DNA of 64,000 nt, taken from Trichodelitschia bisporula. Lineage: Eukaryota. The DNA lies in contig ML996704.1 in assembly GCA_010356995.1 (NCBI GenBank), positions 1 to 64,000 of the forward strand, written 5' to 3'. A program made the position numbers and the translations under genes. Below the pieces are notes generated by a model that did not search any database, was not told where the DNA came from, and saw only the letters and a list, made by a program, of their open reading frames with translations. This document shows, piece after piece, positions 53,527-64,000 of this stretch (position 1 is its first letter; each line of letters opens with the position of its first letter).

Positions 53527-56500
53527 TCACGCCTGTACCGGCGCAAGCTGCTCCTGCAACCGCGGCACCACCCGCTCATACACCATATTGCCCAGCTGGC
53601 GCGTCCATGCAACCACAGGCACCGCCGGTAGCTTGTAGCCCGAGTACCACCAGATAATGAGCGAGATGAGCAGCGGGAACTGCAATCCGTTAGCATCTAT
53701 ACCCAACCCCAGCAAAATGCAAAGACTTACCCAAATGTACCACAAATTACGATCATGCTTCGCCGGCGTAAGCTTCTGCTCCCTCAACCGCCTCAACTCC
53801 GCGGCCTCTTCACCACTCGGGCTAATCTTCCCAATATGCACCACCTCTCTTCCGCTGCGCCTAACCGGTCGCGGCGCCACAGGGCGCATCATCGCCGCCG
53901 TCGACGCACTCGCCTCAATCGTCTCCACCAGTTCCGGCGGCTTAGTATCAAAATCGTTATCCGCGCCCTCAGGACAAGCTTCATGGTACGGCGGGGGCGG
54001 ATCAGAGCTCGCCTCAGAGATAGCGTCGGACGCGGGCCGCGCACCATTGTACCGCGCCGGCAGCAGCGAGCTGATGCTCCGCCGCATAGTCGGGAAGTTC
54101 TGCTGGTACTCCTGGATAATGGGCGGGAGCGGCAGCTGCGGCAGGTTCGGCAGATTCCATCGCTGGCCCGTCTGGAGCTGGTTGATCTGTGCTGTGAGTT
54201 GGTCGCGCAGCGCAACCATGATGCCAGTCTCGGCGGCGTTAGCGGCGACGGTGGCGGCGGCGGCGGCCACTACGAGGTCGGCCCGAGACTCGCTGTTGCG
54301 CCGAGAAAATGCAACTGCACCGCTCGCCCGCCGTGATGCTAACCGGGTCTGCAGCGTGACCGGCTCGTCTTCCTCGCTGTCGTCGATCGCCGACTCTGAT
54401 TCCATCGACGAAATAGTGTCGCTGACGTCCGACGACGGCGGGCCCCACAACGAGCGCATCGACACGCTACTGTTCGCGCGGCTGCGCAGGTAAATGGCAC
54501 CCGCGCTGGCGGAGCGGAAGTGGCGGCGCACTTGGCGCAGACACGCCACGACCTCCGGCGACGCAGCAACGTCGATAGCAGTTGATCCCCGCAAGGTGCG
54601 CAGGTTCGTGTCCGCACCGCGCAGAATCACCTTGCGCACAATGGCCGTATGTCCGTTCATAGCGGCCATCATGAGCGGCGTAAAGCCCCCGTTGTCGGCG
54701 ACATCGGGATCCGCACCCCGCGCGAGCAGCCCTGCGACGAGCCTCTCATAGCCAAGACCGCAAGCCAGCGAAAGCATTGTCGCGCCATTCACCCCTTTCG
54801 TATCGAAAAACGGCTCGCCAGGCGAGTCCATCAAATCAATCTTCTGCAGCATCGCCACCACCGCGTCCTCACTGCTGACCATGCTGAGCACATTCGCATT
54901 GAAGCCCGAAGCCTGGCCGCCTGCAAAGCCGCCGCGCATGGATGGATTGAGCCCGAGCAGGTTCTGCGCATACTGCTGTGGATCAGCCAGCGGGCCAAGC
55001 TCCCGCGCGCACGCCGTCTTAATTGCCAGCTCGAACAGCTGATTGCGCCGGTCGTCGATGTAGGTAAAGGTCTCGCGCTGCGTCGGCAGCGGCGAATACC
55101 CCTGCTGCTGCTCCTCGACGAAGCTCACAGGCACGGGTCCCGGCGTGCGGGATGGCGGTAACAGGCAGACTAGCGTGTTCGAGTTCCAGAAGGTCGTCGT
55201 GGTAGCCTTGGCGTCGCCAAACTTGACTTCCAGGTTGCGCGAAAAGTTGCTCCCGAGTAAAATGACGTCAATACCGCCATTCATCGGTCCAGACTGCGGT
55301 GTCACCTTGAGGATGGTCGGCGTTTGTGCAGCTTGTGCCGTCGTCTCCTCCATGGTAAATGCGCTGGCAAACGGTTGGGGCATCGCCGGCATATCCGAAA
55401 AAGCGTTCATCTGCGGGCGCACAAACGATAGTGGACTCGCGGCGCGACTGGGGTGCGCCGAATTAGGCACCGAAAAGTAGCCGTTCTCGGCGTCGCGCAT
55501 CAGGTTGCCGCTAGGCGTCGGCGGGTTGGTGCCAAAGTGATTCTGCGGCATCTGCTGCTGCGCCATGGGCATCGGCCAGTCTTGAACATTGTTCATGCCG
55601 TCTGGCGACATCATTACGCTCGAGCGCGCGAGCGGACTCGTCTGCGGTACACAGGGGTGCTCGGGCGGACCCGGGCGCGTCATTTGCAGCGTGGCCGGCA
55701 GCTTGATCTGCCCGCCCGAGCTCTTACGCTTCTTCTTCGGCCCGAGTTGCGAGGACGGCGACGCGGGCCGCGAGAGCACCGGGATGGCAGGCGCCGTCGG
55801 GCTCATCATGCCAAAGTTCCACTGGTTGTTCTGGGGGTGCTCGACCGACATCGACGGCAGGTCCGTGGCAGAGTGGTAGGCGCGGCCAAGGCCAAAGTCA
55901 GGCAGCCCATTAATGCCGTTCGGCAGGACACCGTTCGGTAAGTTCTGGCCCTGCTGCATAAAGTACTGCGCCTGGTCGAGCGGCAGGCCACCGCCGTTTA
56001 TCGGCGCGTGCGTTTTGTGGTCATCGGTAATGAGAATCGACTGGGACATTTCCTGCGCGACCACGTTACCTTCGTGGTCCTTGATCGTAAATATGACCTG
56101 GAAGCCGAGTTTCTCCGATTGATGCCTGCAATAGCAGGCTATGCGCATGGGCGCGTCGACCTGCTGCGCGACGGGCGAGAAGCGGACAGTATCGGGATAC
56201 TGATCGCATGCGTTCGGCGGATGAAAGTCCTTGTATTCGACCGTGTTGAAGACAATTATGCGGTCTTGCTCGTACTGGTACCAGATGTCTTCGTTTTCCT
56301 GGTTCTTGGCCTTTTTGCGACTCGCGCGCTTCTTTTCACGCCGCACGCAGCCCGAGCATATGCGCACGGGGCCGCCATTCATCGGCGAGTCGGGATCTGC
56401 CGGGTCGGGCTCGCTGCCTTTTTTAGAGTCGTCCATTGACGGGCGGCGGACGGTGCTGTGGGGAATGCCGGAGCGGGCGCGTGCAAGGGCACGCTCTCGG

Positions 56501-57573
56501 TTCGCCGGCTTCTCCATTGCGCTGGTGCAAACGACCATGGTCGAGAGCTCAAGCGTGTCGGGCGTCTTGGGCGTCTCCTTTGCGAGGAACTTTGCTTTTG
56601 AGATGGTTTCGGTCGGTAGATGGAGGCGGCGGATGCCCTTCGGCAGCGGGTCGAGGGTGAGACGGATGTTGATCTGCGTCTCTACACGCGATTTTGTTGC
56701 AAACGGGGAGATACTAAGTTTGGGAGCCTGGCCGACGTCGGTCGGGTTGCACTTCTTGAAGAAGCCCGGTCCCATTCGGGTCGGCTGTGCGAAGCGTTGA
56801 TCGCGGAAGCCGCGTGCCTGTTGGATGTGCGAGCGCCCGTCGGGGGAAAACTCCTGCCTCCACGGCGCGCTCTCCATGGTCGCCGACGGCGGCGTGTTGT
56901 CACGGCTCGACGTGCCGATGCTGAAGGTAGCGGGTGCGCGCGCGCTTCCAAACATCTAGAGAGTTAGCAAGGTGGGCAAAGGCTATGCAGGATGAAAGCT
57001 CACCATCTCGGACGGCTCATACTTGGGCTGCGGCGGAGTCGAAAAGCTCATCGCATTCATGTTCGGCGTCATAGCCATCTTGGGACTGTTCCCTGCGCTC
57101 GTAATGCTAAACCCGTGGAGCGTATTGGCATCAAACCCGTCTTGCAGGTATACTACAGGGTCAACCTTGGGGCGGCGCTTGTCGACTTCCATCGGGCTCA
57201 TGTGGCCATCAAACGTCACGGGCGAGCTGTAGTTACTAAAGTCGTTCGGCGACGAGCTGGCCGGACTCTTGCGTTTGCGGCGGCCCGACGAGTCCGACGA
57301 CGAGTCCTGACATGAGCTTTCAGGTGATGCCGACGACATGGCGGAGCGCTGCTGGACGAACTGCACGGCGGGCGGACGGACGAGCTTCGGCTGGTCGATG
57401 ACGGTGGCGGCGGTCGGGTGCGGCGACGCAATGTACTCGGTGTTCACCCAGGCGTCGATGTCGAACTGATTTGAGGGCGTGGCTGCCGTTCCGGCATCGG
57501 CGTCGTCGAACACTTCGCTGGAGATACCCACCATTGCGGTGGCATTGGGTTTTTGGGTTGATGTGAAGAGCAT
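53527..57573 (-). CDS. SPT23: ER-membrane-tethered transcription factor Spt23/Mga2 (IPT/TIG + ankyrin + TM)
   Basis: KSRVETQI, RIACYCRH, ILITDDHK, IPT domain (KVTPQSGPMNGGIDVILLGSNF), two ankyrin repeats and a C-terminal TM after DRNLWYIW. Introns at 56956-57003 and 53680-53730. The start may be Met 57573 or the next Met. Confidence 0.93.
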
Positions 57574-58139
57574 ATTTCGCTCGGAAGGGGGGAGGGGGGA
57601 GTCCAGCGGACTGGAGTCGGCGGGTGAGAGCCGCCTGTACTCGACGGGATGCGCAGCCGAGCAATTCGCAGGCTATCTTGTGGCAGACGACAGGGAAATG
57701 GTAGGGTGTATATCGGGGTTCGATCGGTCGGAATGCTGAAGTCGAGAGAGGTTGTTAGTGCAGGTTGAGGTGTGGTGGGCGTAGAGTGGAGGTGGAAGAG
57801 CAAGCGGCGGTGACAGGCAGACTCGAGCGACACGAAGCAGGGGGGTCGGTGTGCGTGGGCGCGTGAGTGAGCGAGAGTGAACGACGGGACACGCACACAA
57901 GAGACGGGAGGGCGTGAGATATCCACGCACGTTCGCTGTCCGCGTCCGACGGGTTCGACGCAGCAAATTGGTGTTAGTGGAAGGTGAAGCTGGGGGTGAA
58001 ATGGAGGTGCGTCGAGATGAGATGGGAGGTGAGGTTGGCAGTGGAGTTTGGGGGGCCACTGGGGAGAGGAGGAGAGGGTGGAGAGCGAGAGTGAGACTGA
58101 GGCCAGAATTTGCTTGGAGCGAATGGAGAGAGAGTCACT

Positions 58140-58176
<37 letters not shown>
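58140..58176 (-). repeat. 37-nt poly(G) tract (poly(C) on the SPT23 sense strand) upstream of SPT23
   Basis: Direct homopolymer. Confidence 0.9.
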
Positions 58177-58178
<2 letters not shown>

Positions 58179-59824
58179 TGCTTGCAGCTCACTCTGCAGT
58201 TCCGCACTCTGAACCGTAAAGGGCAACAAAAGTTTATTATCGTCTGTTCCATTCGTCTTTCCCAAGTGGACTGTGATGTTCCTTTCCATCGTCTACGGAG
58301 GTAGAAGCTGTTCTTCATCTCGTCACTAGCTTTAGCATCGTCAATCAATCACCCGCCTCCTCTCGCCGTCCAAAAGAAGCACTACCACCACAGCCACAAC
58401 CACAACCTCCTCTATCACTACCACCACTCCATCCTTTCATCCTTTCAACCTTACACTGCATTATCACCAAACCCCGCCCGGCCCAGCACGGCGCATCCGC
58501 ATACCTGCACACATCCGCCAACAAGATAGCCCACCTTGCCCAAGCCGCCTCCCCTGCACACTATCCTCATTCTCCCGCCAAAACCCTCCGTCCAGACAGC
58601 AAAATCCCTACCCGCAGCTGCGTTCTTGAAGCGCAATCCCTCCAACCCCATCTGCAAGTCATCGAGGGCCAGGTTCGCGGCGAAGAACGGACATTAATCT
58701 GCCGCCATCCCTCCCCATCACATCCCATCCACGCCGACCAGAATGCTCCATCATCCCCTCGCAGCTCCACCATCAGCAACCATCATGGCACCCAGCCCAG
58801 CATTCGCACCCTTGGCAATGCATGCACCGCACACCTTAGCCTGCCCGTGAAGCGGGCTATCGTCCTTTGAAGCCGTTGAACTGCGTATCGTGCCTGGGCG
58901 CTCACACTAGCAACCCCGCCTTGCACCTCAGCTCAGAAACACCGTCAGGGCCACAACCACATCGCACCCAAATCGCGAGCCCGTGCCACGGGTTTAACCC
59001 CCCCGCTCCCGTAACGCTGTAAACCCCCGCACTCCCGATCCCGTCGGGTACGCAGTCTCGCCACTCGCCGTATGGCACCGCCACCTCAAGCCGCAGCAAC
59101 GAAGAATTCCCGGAGCAGTTCCAGCCTGTCAATGCCATTGAAATTGATCCGGCTGTAGCCTTCATTGCCCGCGCTGCGGTAAGCTGATGGCCGGGATGAC
59201 GATACGTCTCCTTGCGAGGGGTGCGGCTCCGCGGGGCCGGAATCGCCGCGAAAGGGCGCATCCGCCACCCTCGCGTGCTAGCTTTGACAGCGGGAAGCGA
59301 TGCGTGCTCTGTTTATGCGAGACACGGCGATATTGCGTCACGGGACGACTGGGGGGAGAGTCGGAACGCACTCCGGCCAGATATGACCAGCTAGACATGA
59401 GGCAGTTTATAGTAGTTAGGTGTAATCGGAATTGCCTATTGGTGCATTCAAGCTGGGACCTGCACTTGCTAACGTACTGTGGTATGCGGAATGACGCTAA
59501 GCGTCATGACGGCAAGCGTGCCGATCACCGACGTCAAGCCGATCGCCGTGTCCCGGGTTTCGGCTTCATCGTTCTCGGCATGCCGGCTGAGAGGAGCCGC
59601 GTCAGTATTGAGGCCGGTGACATGTTATCGGTTTCCGCCATCTACGCTCGTAGTCAGGGCAGTCAGGGCATACCGGGAGATGCTAACACCATTTATGCAT
59701 TGTATTGTCAGGTCCCGCTTCCCGCAGACCCTTGAACCCTTTGCAGCCCCATTCCACCCGCTCTTGTGTAGTGCAGGCACAACCTCGACACGTCCAATGG
59801 CTACGGAGTGAAGTCAAAAGATTG

Positions 59825-60120
59825 TAAAAACACGAGAGACAGGAGGGGAATATGGGACGCTCGAGACTGAACATATTATGAGTGTCTAGCATCCTCAGCT
59901 ACTCCTTCCTCCTGTCGTGCACACATGACATCATGTACGCCTTGGTATAGACGTGGAGGGAACACTGATATGGGAGAAAGGAGCATACTATTCTCGGGAA
60001 GGAACATGATGTAATGTGCGCATGATTGGAGGAAACAGTGTAGGAGGATACTTGGCATCACGTATTTTAGTTTTCGAAAGTCTCTTCCTCTCTTCCTCTC
60101 TTCCTCTCTTCCTCTCTTCC
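59825..60120. mobile_element. Degenerate foldback / MITE-like non-coding element
   Basis: The reverse complement of 59825-59945 (CAAGGCGTACATGATGTCATGTGTGCACGACAGGAGGAAGG...TTCAGTCTCGAG...) aligns with both 59998-60115 and 23441-23555. No coding capacity; no target-site duplication identified. Confidence 0.55.
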
Positions 60121-60460
60121 TCTCTTCATCTCTTTGTCTTTTCACAAATCTTTTGCTTATACCGCGGCCTTATGCGTGTGTCGAGTCTATACTTCCGATG
60201 GGAGGGCAGACAGACTACGAGAATGGGATGCAGACGAACAACGATTTCCTTCCGCGCAATAAGCGCGCTATGTACAGTACACACTTCTAGACCGGGCCAG
60301 ACGGGTATTCCCAACGAACCCCAAGCACCGAACGCCTACCATCCCGTCGCGCCAGCTACAATCACCGCACCTTATATAACCAAACCTCAAACTACACCCA
60401 CCGCGGCACCATACGCCCTACGATCTAATCCAAGTAGGCAAGTACTCAAGCAGCCCAAGA

Positions 60461-62765
60461 TCAAAGCACAACCTCCAACACCCGCTCCCTCAACCTCCCC
60501 ATCTCTCTCTCCCTCTCCTTCAACGCACCCTCCGCCCTCAAACACCGTTCCCGCCAAGCATGCATATCCCCCGCGTCCTCACCCCCTCCCTCAGGCGTTC
60601 CCTCCATCCCCAGCCTTATCGTTCCCTCAACTACCACGTCCCGCATGCTAAACACCCCTCTAACACCCCCCACACTCCCCGCCCACTCAACATCAAAGCT
60701 CTCCCGCACACCCTCCTCCACCTCCCCCTCGCCCCCCTCCTCAACCGGGCTATCATACCCATCCCGTCCCACGCGGAACCGGCGCACGTGCACCATCTTC
60801 CGCTCCCCCGCTCCCCTACCCGGCCCACCCAGCCCCAGCCAACTCGCCACAACCTCCCTCCCCTCCTCCGCAACCCTCATCCGGCCAAGCATAACCGCCG
60901 CGAGGGCCCTAGCCTCCGCACCCTTCATCCGCCTCTCTCGTCCCCTAACCTCCGCGCGGAGCAAATCCGCCGCCAATGCCCTCTGCAAATCCACAACCCA
61001 CCCCGCAACCCCCGGCAACAAGGGCGGCTTCATCCCGCCCCCGCTGACCTGCACCGGCGTCTGCCCGTAGTCAGGCTCAGTCGCGCTGCTCGCGTCGCTG
61101 AAGAACGTGCTTGCCGTGCGGTGGGAGGAGGCCGTGTTCATTCCCGTGCTACTAGCCGTTGGCAGCGTGGCGGGCGTGTAGGCCGTAGTCCCGGTAGCAG
61201 GCGTTGGCGTGGCGGCACTGCCGTTCGTTACGTGAGGTGGGGCAGGAGGCGGAGGGCCGTCCAAGCGGCCGTTTACGAGCAGCGTCGGCGTAACGAGGTG
61301 CACCGGCCCGCCGGTGTGCGGCGGTACTTGCAATTGGAGCCGCTCGGGCCGGCCCGGCGGCGGGGGATTGGGGACGCGGAAGTGCGCCGGTGGGGCCGGG
61401 GGGGCCGGTGATGCGGAAGGAGATGCGCGGGGCGAGGGGCCCGCGGCGGACGGGGTGGAGATGTGGTTTCGGGAAAGGTCAATGGTGGGTCCTTCCTTTG
61501 TCTTTGGATTTGCGGGGAAAGTGACGAAGGGCCCGTCGCGGACGGAGCGGTTGGAGGGCGGCCGGCCGCGTAGCTTGCCGCTCGCTGTCGTCGTACTGCT
61601 GGGCCAGGCGGAAGACACGGCGGGGCCGTGACGGCGGCGGGAGCGCTTAGACGTCGGCGTCAGGGTAGCTGCGTCGTCGAAGTCGGGGTGTGTGGAGAGC
61701 GGGGTGATGGCGGAGAGCGGGTGCGGCGTGGAAGGCGTCTCGTTGCGCCAGCGATAATGCGGGCCCGCGGGCGCCAGTTTCGTCCCCGGCGTGAGCGCGG
61801 ACCACTGGTCAGCGCTGGGGAAGAAGTCGTCCGCCTGGGCGGACATGGGCATTGCGCTCGACGGGCAGGCGGAGTCCGGGTAGTTGAAGGCGACGGAGGT
61901 GTCGAGGTGCGGGCGCTTGGGCTCAATGGCCGACGCGGGGTCCATGTCGTCGTCGTGGTCTTCGGCGCGGCGGCGCCCGCGCTTGGGGCGGAATTTGGGG
62001 TCGAGCGCGCGGATGGCGAGGTCTTCTTCTAGCGGTACGCCGTCGCGTTGGTCTGGGAAGGGGTCGGTGGGCGCGGGGATGGCGCGGAAGTAGCTGTGCG
62101 ATTTGCCCATTAGGTAGTCGAAGAAGGCGTCGATGTGGAGGGCGCGCATCCAGCGCTGCGGTGGGGGGTTAGTCTGGTTATGGTAAGGGGGGGGGGGGGG
62201 GGGGGGGGGGGGTGGGTGGGGGGGGGGGGGGGGGGGGGGGGGGCGGGGTGCATACTTTTAGGCGCACAGAGTACTGCTGCACCTTCTGCGAACTCTGCCC
62301 CTTGTCTGCGGACGGGCGCTCCACGCCCAGCGCCAGCGCTAGCTCGGTCCAGGTCTTCACTTCCTTGGCCTCGTGCTTTTGGATCAGGCCGAAGAGTGCG
62401 TAGGTGCTGAAGCTCTTGCCGTCGGATTTGGGGGGGGAGCGGAATACTTTGCGCAGCTCGGCTGTATCGACGCTCAGTGGGAAGGAGGGGTTGCAGTAGA
62501 GGATGAAGGAGATGTAGGCGGAGTCTAGGGTGTCGTCGCGGACGTCGGGCGGGGGGAGGGCGCGGTCGCGCGGGATGTAGGGCGGTCGGGTCGTGGGGTG
62601 GGGGGAGAGGGGGTTGAAGCGCGGGGAGGGGTTGGAGGGGGTTGAGGGGGTGGCCAGGGGGGGGCGGTCGTAGAGGTGTTGTGCGTGCTGATGTTGTTGC
62701 GGTTGTTGCTGCTGGTGGTGGTGTTGTTGATGCTGGTGGTGGTGTTGTTGATGCTGCTGCTGCTG

Positions 62766-62816
<51 letters not shown>

Positions 62817-62987
62817 GATATCCAGATGCGACGGCGCAGGCAGCGTCCGCGTCACCTCCATTGCATGCTCGACCGGCGACACCGTCTGCCTATACGTCGT
62901 CGCGAAGGGCGGCGGCGCGGTATGCGCCGTGTTATAGGGTGCGTGCGAGGACATGTGCAGCGGATCGTCGGGGGGATTGAAGTCCAT
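60461..62987 (-). CDS. ABP2: ARS-binding protein 2 family AT-hook protein
   Basis: AYISFILYCNP...FRSPPKSDGKSF...TWTELALALGVE...QKVQQYSVRLKRWMRALHIDAFFDY across intron 62156-62255. AT-hook-like RPKRGRR and RGRPP; N-terminal polyQ/H. The start codon is uncertain (first in-frame ATG taken). Confidence 0.88.
62187..62243 (-). repeat. ~57-nt poly(G) tract (sense-strand poly(C)) inside the ABP2 intron
   Basis: G run interrupted only by two T. On the minus strand it lies between the GTATGC donor and the CTAAC branch point. Confidence 0.9.
62769..62813 (-). repeat. (CAG)15 coding microsatellite (polyglutamine) in ABP2
   Basis: 15 uninterrupted CTG triplets on the + strand, followed in the protein by a Q/H-rich tract. 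Confidence 0.9.
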
Positions 62988-63547
62988 GGCTAGACGGGCG
63001 GAGACGGTGCGCGCGGTGCCATGGGGGTACGGGGAGGCAGAGGGCGATGTCACGACGCTGATAGTGATTGTCCTGGTTATAGCGACGCTGATGGACGTTC
63101 AGACGGGGTCGTGGGCGTAGAGATGCTGTCAAGCGCTTGTGTGTCCGAAGGGATGTTGTTGATGAGGTGTGAAACGAGATTGGGGATGGGAGACGATGGT
63201 GCCGCGCGAAAGTGTGACTTGCGGAGATGAGCGTGCTGCACCTCTAATTGGCCAGTCCGGGCACGTATTTTTAGACGAGCGTGGCCAATCACGCCCACCC
63301 GCTGTTCCTCTTTCAGCCTGTTCACGCACGGTGATGGCGCGGGTGCTGAATCTGGGGCGGATGGCGGCGACGCGCGCAAGTTGCTGCTCGGGTTTTGCGT
63401 CAAGAGGCGTATGGAGGTGGGCAGTGAGTTTCATCGTAGACGCCGAGCGAGACCCAATCAGCGGTGGCGCGCGCGCATGAATCCAATGAGATCGTGTTGG
63501 CCCCAGGCACGGCCCGGCGGCGAGGCGTGAAGGCATTTGTGCAGTGG

Positions 63548-63672
63548 TCAGGCAGCATGGCGTCAAGGCAGCAAAATCCAACACGTTCAGGCATCACGGC
63601 GTCAAGGCAGCAAAATCCAACACGTTCAGGCATCACGGCGTCAAGGCAGCAAAATCCAACACGTTCAGGCAT
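63548..63672. repeat. 39-bp tandem repeat, ~3.2 copies
   Basis: Unit GGCGTCAAGGCAGCAAAATCCAACACGTTCAGGCATCAC starts at 63559, 63598 and 63637. No spacers. Confidence 0.95.
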
Positions 63673-64000
63673 TCGCGCGTGTAATCGATAAGCGCCCCCC
63701 CTTCCCTTCCGTCACTCGCCCATGAGCTACCGAGGCAAAACGGCTCGTCTCCTCCGTGACGTCCTCGAACCGAGTTGTCCGACAAAACCGACGTTCCGAA
63801 CGCTGACGAAGGACGAGGCACATCGAGATCTAGTTGCGCGAGCTCGGATTCTCCCTTTCTGCTCTCCATCTCCTCCTGCTCAGGTTTTAAAAGCTCTTTG
63901 TCTTGCCAATACAGCGCATCCGCGATCAGACCATCCACACGATCCCCATCCCCACATCCAACATGTCCACCACCAACACCCCCCAAGCCACCCAACCCCC

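Noticed and set aside
63548..63672. CRISPR-like repeat array
   Set aside because: The units are directly adjacent with no unique spacers, there are no cas genes, and the context is eukaryotic.
63633..63995. Minus-strand ORF at the window edge as the 3' end of a gene
   Set aside because: No recognisable motif and truncated by the window; cannot be supported.

Overview
Eukaryotic genomic DNA from a filamentous ascomycete (Pezizomycotina-like). It is GC-rich and gene-dense, with very short GT-AG introns carrying CTRAC-type branch points. The ORF track is largely misleading here because genes are spliced; gene models were rebuilt by hand from splice signals. Bases 1-6.4 kb hold five tightly packed secondary-metabolite tailoring-type genes: NmrA-like, SnoaL/NTF2-like, DUF1772 anthrone-oxygenase-like, cytochrome P450 and FAD monooxygenase. 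This is probably the edge of a biosynthetic cluster whose core gene is outside the window. The rest is mostly conserved housekeeping, chromatin and transcription genes: GPI-type aspartic protease, RFC4, PPT1/PP5, SPT4, an AT-hook protein, a Ser-rich membrane protein, YPT31/Rab11, a Caprin-like RGG protein, an RPH1/KDM4 JmjC demethylase, a membrane thioredoxin-like protein, YAT1/facC, RAD57, CBF1, SPT23/MGA2 and ABP2. Non-genic structure includes a three-copy dispersed repeat (two copies form a foldback, MITE-like), a perfect 18-bp hairpin beside a nested fold at 40.9-41.1 kb, long sense-strand poly-C tracts in two introns and one upstream region, a decayed partial gene duplicate, and several minisatellites. 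No tRNA, rRNA, CRISPR array or intact transposase was recognised. I cannot demonstrate a wholly new system from sequence alone; the best candidates are ranked in the findings. All family assignments come from motif recognition, not database searches.
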